A DNA stretch of 64,000 nt from Amphiscolops sp. MND2022 (lineage: Eukaryota), in assembly GCA_964187785.1 (NCBI GenBank), contig OZ076409.1, forward strand, positions 75,642,001-75,706,000. The letters are read 5' to 3'. Shown in pieces: positions 52,901-62,400 of this stretch (positions are counted from its first letter, which is position 1; the number at the start of each line of letters is the position of its first letter). Both the position numbers and the translations under genes were made by a program. The notes below the pieces were generated by a model, which was not told the DNA's origin, made no database searches, and saw nothing but the letters and a program-made list of their open reading frames with translations.

Positions 52901-55900
52901 GTGACTGTGAAGACTTCCAAATCAATAACTCCAACTAATCCAAAACTTCAATTTGATCATGCTGATTCTAGAGTACGCGTAAATGAATTGGCCGCATTGT
53001 TGTCTAAAGAACCTGCTACATTTTTTCTGACACTCACTTGTAACCAGAAATATCACTTTGGGGTAGCACCAATTTTTGAAGCTATTGAAAATCGATTCAA
53101 CAGAAATAATAAACAAGAGTACGAGAGAGCAGTTCAAGCTGAGATGGTGCTACTAACAAGAGCTTGGTATAGATCAGCTGAAGCTTTAATGGAATGGATC
53201 GAAAAATCTCCCGACCAACCACTTGGAACTGTCACCAAAATTTGGTATCGCTATGAGTTCCAGTCTACCAAAGGGAACTTACCGCACATTCATTGCGTCA
53301 TATGGACAAAAGAAAGCAAAGCTGAATTACAACACAAGGTTTCATGCTCTGGATCATCAGCTTTATTCGAATTGAAAAAAATAGCAGCTGAAACAAATGT
53401 AATTAATAGTGATCAAGTTTTCGATTTGTGGACTCAACTGATGACAATCCAAACTCACTCCTGCGAAAAGGCAAACTATCGCTGTCACAAAATTGTCAAA
53501 GACGACGGGTCAACAATATGCAGAGTTCCCCGTTACCCGCATTCAAACCGATATTCCTGGAGAAAAGTCCCATCAAGCCATTCGGAAGAAGCATTGCAAG
53601 TTCTTCATTACCTTGACTTGGCCACACCCTCGAAGTCTCATGACGATACCTTCGAAGTTTCAGAGAGTCTTCAAGGAGGCAAATTCGAATACCCAGCTTC
53701 AAGTGACGAGCACCTTTCCCCTTTTAACCCACTTGTTTTCATCATTACGATGTCTTCGCAAAACCTTCAATTGTGTGACGAATACTTATCTGCAAGGTAT
53801 ATTGCAAAATATGCAGCAGGGATCGAAGAACGAGCTGATGCACGTGTTGATCCGGTTTCCTTCAATGAAATTAGAATTCACACTAAAGGAATTAATAATT
53901 CGAAAATTTCCAGTTGCCGTATCAAAGAAAAAAGTACAGATAGAAAAACAATTGTTCAGATAATTCCTCTCGTTGAAACTGTTTGGTGGTTATTGAGTTT
54001 CAAATATGTTCACAGTTCTGTTTCCTTCGTTCATTTATCGACTCTTGAAAAGTCAGAACGAACGTCTTTCATCACACCCAGAAAAAATACAAACCCAACC
54101 CAGCCGTTACCTTTACATGTTACAAAAAGTTTCACTTTACCACTGTCGCGCCAATTCACCCAATCACAGTTGTTGGTTTTAAAAGATTCTATGACAAGTG
54201 AGCATTCTAACTGCAAAATGACAGTTTTTAGCGGTAGGCCACCAGCGCTTTTGTGTGTTGATAACCCTCAACTGTATTTCACTTGGTTCAACAGAGTTAA
54301 TATTCGGCATCCCCAGGATACATTGAATCATGATGTTAACAATTCAAAATGGATAGACCTTTTCGGACGTGCTGTACACTTGAGACGTTGCTATCTTGAT
54401 GACTTTTCCACTTATGTCAACAATCTCAGAAGAGAGGGACATATCAACTTGTACCGATTCGATGAAGATACATCGATTTTGTTTCTACAAAACGACTGTT
54501 TGGGATTGAAAACAATAGACGATTCTCCAGTTCAAGTTGTGACATCAAACATTGTGCCAAATAATCGTCGAAAATTTTTGGTGCACTTTGTTCTATCTAA
54601 CGGGAAGTTTGAGACAGAACCAGATCTATTCAATCATCCTAGCATGATGGAGGTTTTCATCAACTGCAAGTTACTGCCATCAAAAAGTTCTTATACACAA
54701 CAAGATGCCTGTGATCTAGTGAAATTTTACGTTTTGTCGGAACTCAAATACCTTCCTGGGGCAAGCAGATCGTTCGATCGTCATTTGTTATGTTGTTACG
54801 ACTTGATGACCAATCTTGTTCTTCATAACCAGATTCATTCCGAAGCTTTGCCCTCAACTCTTCATTCAGAAATAACCGAAAACGCTGAAATTGATTACAT
54901 CCTCCACAGTAACGAAAAACGAGAGCGAAGTGTTCAAGGTTGCCTCTTAAATCCAGCTTTGATGCCATTGCAACCACACAAAGATTCTTTCGTCGCAGCC
55001 ACCCGCAGTAACCCGTTTGTGTACAGTTTTCCGTTTCCTCGAGCTCCCGGACAGTCGGACGAATCAAACACTTTTCAACAACGTGTGTTCAACGGGTGCA
55101 TTCAGAAATTGACTAACTTTATTGAAACAAAAGACGGTTTCGTAAAACATCAATTGTTTTTGGGGCGTCCGGGAAGCGGCAAAACACTCATCTGCACAAT
55201 GATATATCTGGAAGCTGTGGCGAAAGGTCTCAATTGTGCAGTAACTTGTCTAAGTGGAGAGCGAGCCCAACAACTCGGTGGCGAACATGTCCACAAACTA
55301 TTCAAGTTCAGAGTAAACAAAATACAGAATCCCGAAATAATGGCTTCCCAGAGTTTGAAAAGTCTTCTCAAGGATGTCACAAGGTTCACTGAGCTGGAAC
55401 GCCTTGACGTACTTTTTATTGATGAAGTGGGCCAGCTGAATTCTGAATTGATGATAGCTATGGAAATTGTTCTACAATCTGTACGAGAAAACAAACTGCC
55501 AATGGGAGGAATCTTCACAATCCTAACAGGAGATCCGAAGCAATTGCGCCCTCCACAAGGATCATTGACATGGTTGTCACCGAAGATGCTGACAAATTTT
55601 GATTTCCACTACTTTAAACACTATGTTCGAGCAAAGCCTGGATTGTTGCGACAGATACTGACTAAATTAGATGAACTTGATATCAGCCCAATCGAAGCAT
55701 CAAATATTGCAAAGGAAATTGTAGCCAATTGTAATATCCATTCAACTTGGGACAATGTTGGTGACAACTTTGACATGCGTGTTTTCAGCACACGAGCCGC
55801 TGAAAAACAGGCTGTTACACATCATTTTGAAAAAATTCTGGCTGACCAAAGTTGTGTAAATGTTGTGTTAACTGCTAATGATGAAGTGAGTTCTACTGGT

Positions 55901-56950
55901 GCATCAATTTGGCGTCCGGCAGGTGACATTGAACAAAAAATCATCGATTCCACATCCATCACTCCCCGACAACTGCTCTTGTATAAGAAAGCGCTTCTCA
56001 GATTTACAGCCAACCTCCCCAACATTCAGGCTAGGCAAGGACAATTGTGCCTAATTTTGGAAATACCAACCGAAACAGCATCTTCTCTGGACGTTTGGAT
56101 TGCACCACCAGGTTGCCGGACCGTCACAAATTTCGACGAAAATAACCTCATTACATCTGGTTGGCGCAAAGTCTCTATTTCAAAAGTGTTTACACCTATA
56201 ATGACTAACAACAACAAATTCCTAAGGAGATACTCTTTCCCTCTCAAGAACTATGTGGCATCCACTATTCACAAATGCATTGGTGACACGTTCCCAAAGA
56301 TTGTTACCAAAGTTTCACTTACGGACAAACATTACAAAATTTGGGAAAAAGAGCAACTTCTTGTGTTGTTGAGTAGAGTCAGTAAGCTCGACGACATAAC
56401 GTTCGTAGGTGAAGAACACGAAATAGAATTAACTTTAACTGCTGCCATTCAGCAAAAGTCCTGCTGGGGAACTTTCATCAATAACCTTCTGGAAAAATTG
56501 GCCTGTACTCCCTCTGACCTGACGCCGCCAACACTCAACCTCCTTTCTTCAAATATTGTACCTTGGAACATTGTCTTACCCGAAGACAATGTAGGCTTTG
56601 TGTATCTTCTGGTAAGCACGAAGATTCCGAATGTTTATTTCATTGGAGAGGCTCTGGAAATTCGGCGAGAATTGAAAGTTATCAACTCTGGAAATGGCGC
56701 ATCCGAAACACGCCCAATCGAACGAAGGCCATGGGCAATCTTAGCATTTGCAACAGGTTTCAACACCGAAGATTCTTCCAGCAACAATACGCAAAGAAAA
56801 TCGCTTGTATCGAAGATGAGAACGCAATTTACTTCCCTTGGATTAAACTTCACCACCGTGGAATTGTTTGAAACGTTCAAAGAATCAACGAGAACATATG
56901 CTGACGAACGTGATCTAAATTTGAGAGTTATCCAGTGTGGCAGTGTTTAG
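49967..56950 (+). CDS. Helitron-type RepHel transposase (2327 aa): Cys-rich N-terminus, HUH/Y2 replication initiator, Pif1-family SF1B helicase, C-terminal GIY-YIG-like domain
   Basis: Uninterrupted ORF. Rep motif I FFLTLTCN (aa ~1019, nt 53021); motif II YRYEFQSTKGNLPHIHCVIW with HUH = HIH (aa 1107-1109, nt 53285); motif III YIAKY (aa 1278-1282, nt 53798). Helicase motifs: Walker A GRPGSGKT (nt 55163), Walker B FIDEVGQL, GDPKQLRP, HYVRA, FPLKNYVASTIHKCIGDT, VLLSRV. C-terminal GFVYLLVS...YFIG...NSGNGA..T...RRPW from nt 56594. The ATG lies just after a pyrimidine-rich AG (49961-49962), suggesting a 5'UTR intron. Confidence 0.95.
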   Translation: MPPRRNRSVRNKCSRCRVFIPQSSTLCASCASSSAEVTHDNEDSSSVSIPNEDNPRNIVYPPRCTLCGLHEQSQGQLCCFCCPVTLPVCTDAECQKCRRITCSSLNSISMADVKQTAFGCRLPGEASDFARLCNECTHYATHGFRSPWRNIWPCVVLDFLSGKYNGIADGKPFHKVLPTSILEQYQHLLQFNTDEKETVFADLTHKLLEFKSLKQNLNIDGVQKAHNKYSFPEVRCPFGCTEFVGDTGLIPLQYFLLTLDKNFAFNGMKWKRRLRCVRPDWLTPYNHNDAFNVRPHIVVDEKQGLCLATCKFHNGGSHQFFVHPPTNPTGRLPSKNADRLGPATVSYNCYKPSKPNFSTHTFSMGVAKGNFSGISSTTIACKRRWDIAFGEDDVVRESLCSNKRQDIKPLLQKLVHKGELSQNLFDSITSIEGLPDDQTILECLKTATSVPLELALALKKIQEEGLNVNYFPVFSHPFTKYGCDPPDTVVNQSMPKYLWIYAVMFALSCNFHLSLLKFISTDSAFKNVFHFMLINDGRLADKKKRELAEFLQRYSQDPSYDMVDSLEQLLTNISFVKHFNVTDRESVESILKSLTDDKIVTFITNARRRDDGYLPDRVVTTNGSTSYELRSIAVTEGGNVKTLVRHGNEYNCWWIYSTAHETPSKMGLEDLVEMNKFHSSWLSCHYEIIGSVDMQREKYQYLEYLGGQGRFICDDHHVPLTVARKNTPTLCSFSTSCQRKPAWNCPSENCLSSVCRTHFAQHQLSNERFFVKCPTSNCDVVPPHSAECCDDDVVVSEPESDYDEFSFTNFTTDTGHVENMTNCCATDSGDMPSVVDSVDTSIPAHILLNTDCHVLERKNYRIDRSKTSSRFLQNIVARSSGNSIPLIYPDAALFPTHYYHEQTDNTITGAVPAPLFCDKQSKHFLFASIEDHKRSAVLNPNLLQSTDVRSIQTSFDTVLNKRLTFSDTRLVLNRGFQEVTVKTSKSITPTNPKLQFDHADSRVRVNELAALLSKEPATFFLTLTCNQKYHFGVAPIFEAIENRFNRNNKQEYERAVQAEMVLLTRAWYRSAEALMEWIEKSPDQPLGTVTKIWYRYEFQSTKGNLPHIHCVIWTKESKAELQHKVSCSGSSALFELKKIAAETNVINSDQVFDLWTQLMTIQTHSCEKANYRCHKIVKDDGSTICRVPRYPHSNRYSWRKVPSSHSEEALQVLHYLDLATPSKSHDDTFEVSESLQGGKFEYPASSDEHLSPFNPLVFIITMSSQNLQLCDEYLSARYIAKYAAGIEERADARVDPVSFNEIRIHTKGINNSKISSCRIKEKSTDRKTIVQIIPLVETVWWLLSFKYVHSSVSFVHLSTLEKSERTSFITPRKNTNPTQPLPLHVTKSFTLPLSRQFTQSQLLVLKDSMTSEHSNCKMTVFSGRPPALLCVDNPQLYFTWFNRVNIRHPQDTLNHDVNNSKWIDLFGRAVHLRRCYLDDFSTYVNNLRREGHINLYRFDEDTSILFLQNDCLGLKTIDDSPVQVVTSNIVPNNRRKFLVHFVLSNGKFETEPDLFNHPSMMEVFINCKLLPSKSSYTQQDACDLVKFYVLSELKYLPGASRSFDRHLLCCYDLMTNLVLHNQIHSEALPSTLHSEITENAEIDYILHSNEKRERSVQGCLLNPALMPLQPHKDSFVAATRSNPFVYSFPFPRAPGQSDESNTFQQRVFNGCIQKLTNFIETKDGFVKHQLFLGRPGSGKTLICTMIYLEAVAKGLNCAVTCLSGERAQQLGGEHVHKLFKFRVNKIQNPEIMASQSLKSLLKDVTRFTELERLDVLFIDEVGQLNSELMIAMEIVLQSVRENKLPMGGIFTILTGDPKQLRPPQGSLTWLSPKMLTNFDFHYFKHYVRAKPGLLRQILTKLDELDISPIEASNIAKEIVANCNIHSTWDNVGDNFDMRVFSTRAAEKQAVTHHFEKILADQSCVNVVLTANDEVSSTGASIWRPAGDIEQKIIDSTSITPRQLLLYKKALLRFTANLPNIQARQGQLCLILEIPTETASSLDVWIAPPGCRTVTNFDENNLITSGWRKVSISKVFTPIMTNNNKFLRRYSFPLKNYVASTIHKCIGDTFPKIVTKVSLTDKHYKIWEKEQLLVLLSRVSKLDDITFVGEEHEIELTLTAAIQQKSCWGTFINNLLEKLACTPSDLTPPTLNLLSSNIVPWNIVLPEDNVGFVYLLVSTKIPNVYFIGEALEIRRELKVINSGNGASETRPIERRPWAILAFATGFNTEDSSSNNTQRKSLVSKMRTQFTSLGLNFTTVELFETFKESTRTYADERDLNLRVIQCGSV

Positions 56951-57019
56951 TTCATTTGGGTTTACAAATATTACACTGTAGAAGTCTCTGAGAATGGACG
57001 ATAGATGAAGCATGTGAGG

Positions 57020-57050
57020 TTGCCCCGGCCACGCAGTGAGCCGAGGGCAA
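57020..57050. other. GC-rich stem-loop ~70 bp after the RepHel stop codon
   Basis: TTGCCC-CGGC-CAC-GCA-GTG-A-GCCG-A-GGGCAA; the arms are complementary. Confidence 0.6.
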
Positions 57051-57510
57051 GCTTTATTCAAACTATAGATGAACATCCTTTTTTGTTGAAAAGTTCTTTG
57101 ATTATACTTTGCCTTTGCTCATTTTTTCAACGTTCCTTTGTAAATATATACTGATAAAATTGTCACCCGTTGATAATATTACCAGTTGACACTGAAGTTG
57201 ACACCAGTCAAGAAAAAAAATATTTATCTGACTGGAACAAAAAAAGACAAAAAAAACAAGATGGCAAGATTGTTGAAACAGTTCAATTCTTCAACTTCGA
57301 TAATCTTTTCCTTAACATATTTTTACCATCACGTGGAGGGAAATAGAAAAACATTTCTACAGTTAATTAGTTCGAAAGAGAAAAATTAGACAGTATTTAG
57401 ACGCAGTAGTGATGTTGTACATCGAAAGAAATGAAAATGTGTCGAGAAACATAACTTTATTGTGTTTTTAGATAGCTTTGTCTTCAATCGAGACTGAAAC
57501 AAGATTCAAA

Positions 57511-58901
57511 ATGCCCATCATTAATAAAGATTTGTCGGCAGATGAGGCAGCCACCAGAACAATCAGTAAATTAACAACGTGTGAACTCGATGAAGTGATG
57601 GAATCTAATGCAACGGATCGGAAGTACATGATTTGTACATTGCTTTACGCCAAAAAATGTGTGAAATCAGTATCGTATTTTAAACTAACGAATGGACAAA
57701 AGCAAAAACAGGAGGCTACATTTAACCGTTTTGTCCTTCTGGGAGTGATCGGAAAAGAGAAAGTAATGGCAATATTTACCTACACCCAACTAGAAAGCGC
57801 GGAGTTGTTGCGTTACTGTTCTGCATTACAACCAGGAAATGCGTGCGCCTTAATACGCCCTAAATTCGATAACAAGTATATGGGATCATCATCCACTACC
57901 CCAATCATACTAACTTCTGAGCCACTTGTGCCTCTGAACATCAAGAATTACCCTGATGTCAGCTGTCCAAGAATTGTATCATCACCGGACTTTCAACATT
58001 TCTACATGAAAACGAAAGATTTGAAGCTCGATAATATAGATGCCATTGGAAACGTGTGCAATGGGACCTTCTGCGATGGTCAACCGAAGGGCGACTGTCC
58101 TTGTTTAGAGGTCGACAACCGGAAAAGCAGCTGGATCATTACTGCGGATGTGAAATGCAGTGGGTTGTATCACTCATCAAAAATACGATCAAAACGATTG
58201 ATAACGGTATTCGCTCCCAAATGTAAGTCGGCGGACCCTAACAAAAGAGAATTTGATGTCCTTGATTTGGGCGATTGTATTGAAAACTGTGTTGAAGCAG
58301 TAAATGCCAAGAATGGATGGGAAATTTTCGGTTGGGTGAAACCAAACGAATCTGCTCTAGAGTTTACAAACTATGAATGCGACCTACACATTATACATCT
58401 TCAACCTATCGAAATTACAGATGTAGAGTCAGGTAAACCTAAAATTCAAATATTTATTTTTCCAGTTTTTACTTTCTTTTTTCGCTAAAGTTCTAATTAA
58501 TTTTCGACCAAAATATGTCTAGCAGAATCAAAATATAAATTTTAACAGAATCTCAAACACAACGTTTAGTGTTATTAACAATTGTTTTCGCAAAAGACAT
58601 GAACATTAATTTCACCTTGAACTATTATTTTACAACTTGAGACTAAAACTTACAGTCTTTCTTTTTTTCCCAACGTTATTTTTAAGATGACCGATAATTG
58701 ACAAATGATAAATATACTTCAGATGCATACAAAGCCTTGCAGTATAAGTTGCCCGAAACATCTGCCCCAGAAGTCGAAATGCCCGTCATAGCAACTACAT
58801 CAGGAACAGCTTCGGTTCCAGCAACAGCTCCAGCAACAGCTCCAGAAACAGCTCCAGCAACAGCTCCACCAGATGAACAAGCAGCTTCGGTTGAAAGATG
58901 A
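57511..58901 (+). CDS. Second gene of the autonomous element; predicted two coding exons (57511-58432, 58723-58901), ~366 aa, function unknown, CxGxxCDGQ-x4-CxC motif and Ala/Thr/Pro-rich tail
   Basis: ORF open from 57472, after acceptor-like TTTTTAG (57471), with first ATG at 57511. Donor TCAG|GTAAAC at 58433 and acceptor TACTTCAG| at 58722 are both phase 1 and join in frame (...ITDVES-D-AYKALQYKLPE...). The unspliced read-through (IQIFIFPVFTFFFR) looks intronic. AATAAA at ~59133. Confidence 0.75.
58818..58868 (+). repeat. 12-bp coding minisatellite (CCAGCAACAGCT) x~4 encoding PATA/PETA
   Basis: Read directly in exon 2 of ORF2. Confidence 0.85.
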
Positions 58902-59344
58902 AAATCGCATTATCAACTACGAAAAATGCAGAAATCAAGAGAAGTGACAATGAGCAAAAAACATTGATAGATTTAAAAATCTCGAAACATTTTGATTCAA
59001 TAATGTTATAATGTGATCATAAAAAGATTGCAGAAAAAATAATCTTGAAACCGGTAAAAGATTATAAATATCGTATTGTTATGTTCCTTTAGTTCATATT
59101 CTTGAAATAATGTTAATTTGTTATTTTCAAGAAATAAAAATTCACTTTTTCGTTCCCACAAGAAACTTGAATAGAGTGTTCATAGAAAAAATACGTATGT
59201 TCATAGACTAGTCAATATTTTCAATACAAATATCTGAACTAGTCAAAATACTAATCTTTTCTTTGCTTTCACTCTGGTATGACATTTGCTAAACGTTTGG
59301 TCCTTACAACATACACATGACTAACGTCAACGCCACATACTGTT

Positions 59345-59434
59345 ACCAACGCCCACCGTCCGTAGGCATGCCGAGGCATGCCTTTCGACGACGTATGCCA
59401 AATACCATAAAACCGACGCGCACTCTCCCGCTAG
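59345..59434 (+). terminator. Helitron 3' terminal signal (GC-rich hairpin plus CTAG) of the autonomous element; an equivalent copy ends every unit
   Basis: AGGCATGCC-GA-GGCATGCCT at 59364-59383, flanked by CGTC...GACG; CTAG at 59431-59434. A hairpin followed by CTRR is the established Helitron 3' structure (rolling-circle termination, not transcriptional). Confidence 0.85.
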
Positions 59435-62400
59435 GTGCCGGGATTTCTATTCGATAAAGTATGTGGCGCGTGTGGGTAGGGTCCCTGGCGCGCTCTTGGG
59501 TATGGTGTTCACCAGCTAGGAAATAGGGGTCGATTTTTCGGGATCTCGTAAACTAGCCACACGATTTGGCTGAAATTTGGCACACGTATTCCCCTCGGCA
59601 CGGTGAAGATGATTTCCTACTGACGTTTTTCCCGCAAAATTTTTTTTGTTGTCCAAAATAACGGTTTTTGGGGTAAAATTTTGAATTTTTTTTAAATTTT
59701 ATCTTATATCTCGCCACCGGTTTAGGCTAGCGCTTCAAAACCCTGCTAAAGAAAGCTTGCAAACTGTCTCAGGAATGCGGTGTGAAATTTTCAGCTCAAT
59801 CGGACTTAAACTCGGGGAGATATAGCGTTTTTCCGGAGCGGGGGGGTTTCATTTTTCTAACGGTCCAGCTTATCTTAGCCATTTTTTCGAAAATGTACTC
59901 GCCTAAAGACCTCCCCTGGCCGGTTTTATTCCCAGCAAAACCATTTGGCCCTAAATACGGAGTTTCAGCGTTCCAGCATTCCCGGGCGAAAAGTTGTGGG
60001 ACTTAGAAAAATTCAAAAATTTTCAAAAAAATTTTTTTCCGTTTTCCGCCCTCCCCCCCTAGGGGAAAAGACCCCCCAACCAGTAATTTGAGTGAATTCA
60101 TGTGGAAAGGCCATGTTTAGACGAAAAAATTGCCGTTTAGAACGTCTTTATATCTCAACCTGACATTGACTTATGAAGCTTTAAAGGTGATGTTTGGACG
60201 TGTGAAGCATGTAAAAAAAGGAATTTTTTGATTTTATTTCATCAGAAAGTCATTGAATCACACGCTGTGAAGCCCAGAGCGTGGTTTCTAATAGTTTGGT
60301 ATCGTTTAAACGCATTTTGGTGTCTTTTTACTCTGTTTAAAAAACTTTTCTCCTGAAAATTAATAAATTTTGATTACTTTTCTTACTTTCCATTAATTTT
60401 TTTTTCTTATATTTTTACTTGAAACAGTTGAGTACATTCCATCTCCGTTCCCGGGGGAGATGAGAATGTACTCGCAAAAAGCCGCGAACTACGGCCCATA
60501 CCTTCCCGAGATACGCAGTATAAAGATAACATAATGGTCCAGACATTTTAATGGAGTTGTATCTTGGTAATATGTCTGGATTTGCAGAAAAATCAGCACG
60601 TGCTTTTTTATACCAAGTTGCTCACAACGACATTTATTTTATATCAACGCCCCCATATTTATCAACGCCCCCCGTCCGTGGGCATGCCGAGGCATGCCCT
60701 TCGACGACGTATACCAAAATATGTTCGAGCGCGTTAGCCTAGGTGCGGGGGGGTAACCCCAACTTTTTTCTTGGAGGAATCGGGTAGGGTCCTGATTCCG
60801 AGCTTAGTGCCGCCAGCTATCGTTAAAAACCCATACCTTTTAAACCCGATCTCGGGAACTAACCACGCCCCTTCTTTAATTTTTTGGCCCCCACTCACTT
60901 TTTGAGAGTAGATCGCCCCCCACTGGGTTCGATGTTGGGCAAAAATGGAGGTCATGGGTAACGGGGACCGTTAAGGGGTAACTCAGGGGGTAAAATTTTT
61001 TTTTGCGTCATATCTTTTCCCCCCGTGGATTTAGCGCTTCCGGTCAGCAGACAAAACCTCATGTACGTGATACGGGGCCTCCGTAGGTCCAAACAAAATT
61101 TTTCTATCATGCACCGTTACGGACTTGCCCCCCCCGGCCCAACCGTTATTTTGCCGGAAATTGCACTTTTTGACCGGGAAGGAGTCGTCTGAGCACGGAG
61201 TCGTTTGGTAATGTTTTGTAGTGCATCTGGAGACGTGTTGGGGGACATGTAGTTTGCCGGCCCCAGTTTACCCCCCGGACGGGAAATGACCGTTATGTGA
61301 AGTTTAAAAATGCCCCCCTTCAATTTTCCCCGTAATTTCCGGTGTGAAGGAGTGGGAGTAGGGTGTCGGGTGCCATATATCAAAAGTAGGTTTAGACAAG
61401 GACCAACCGGAAACATGTGGTTTCGGACCCCCTGACCCAACCCGTTAGCCGCTATTACGGTGATCGCCTCCTTTTTTTGCTGTCAAAACCGGAAAACGGG
61501 CATTGAGGGGTAAATATCTCGTGAACGCGTGGAGCAATCGTGTCCATCACTACTACAAGGTTTCATACCCATGATATGGTGCCTTCAGGGGGGCAAACAG
61601 ATTACCGCTATCTATCACCGTTACCGACTTGGCCCCCCAGCCTAACCGCTATGTGACCGGAAATTGCACTTTTTGAGCCCAAAGGGTCGATCCTAGCCGG
61701 GCAACGTTAGGTAACTTATTGTAGTACTCATTGAGACGAGTTGGGGGATCTAGTTTCAGTCACCCCCCGTTACCCCTTGAGACCGGAAATGACCGTTATG
61801 TGAGTAGAATTGCAATTTTTTTACCTTTTGAAGGGCATTTAGGTGCGGAAGGAATGGTAATAGGTGCTTGGACACTATATGATGTAATGGAGGTCGTGAG
61901 GAGAGCATTCGGAAGTAACCGTTACGTTGACCCCAAAGTCCCCCTGGTACCGTTAACAACCGGAAATGGCCAAATTTTGTGTTTATAGGGTACAAATGTT
62001 TGGTATTTTATGGATAAAAGTACCTGGAAGGTGTTTTAAAGGCCTCCAGAAGTGAACATAGTCATGAAACTTTGTGGGGGGTAACGGTATATAGCACCGG
62101 AAGTCCAAACCGTTAGTTACAGAATAGGTTTTTTGGTTTCAAAATGTCTTTAGGCGTAGTTTTGTGGGTTGAATCGTCATAATATCAACTAATACGGACT
62201 TTTTTCGGAAATAAAATTTTTTCACATTAGTTTCAGGGACCTCCAATGTTTCAGTCAACATAACCGTTACATTTTGATAGCCTTTCAAGTTGGCCTGGTG
62301 TCAACTTGGAAGGGCTATCCGTCTAAAATCGTTAATCAAGAGTGTTTTTGGGTAGGTATATGTTGCATTAGTACCAATTAGAGCTTCATCAACAGTTTGC

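Larger units (their letters stand above)
47385..59434 (+). mobile_element. Autonomous Helitron-like element, 12,050 bp, apparently intact
   Basis: Bounded by the same CTAG|GTG junctions as the short units (47384/5, 59434/5). First ~800 bp match the short units (e.g. 10759 unit). Last ~160 bp match the tail of unit 36455-37732. Carries RepHel and ORF2. The 3' hairpin at 59364-59383 is followed by CTAG. Confidence 0.92.

Noticed and set aside
50521..56880. Short alternative-frame and antisense ORFs within RepHel
   Set aside because: Shadow ORFs of a long coding sequence with no independent support.
58685..58697. Alternative splice acceptor TTTAAG| at 58686 for ORF2
   Set aside because: It gives an in-frame TAA after three codons; the acceptor at 58722 keeps the frame open.
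47385..59434. Endogenous CRESS/ssDNA virus with 1.3-kb satellites
   Set aside because: The helicase is SF1 Pif1-type rather than SF3, Rep has the Helitron Y2 motif, and no capsid gene is recognisable.
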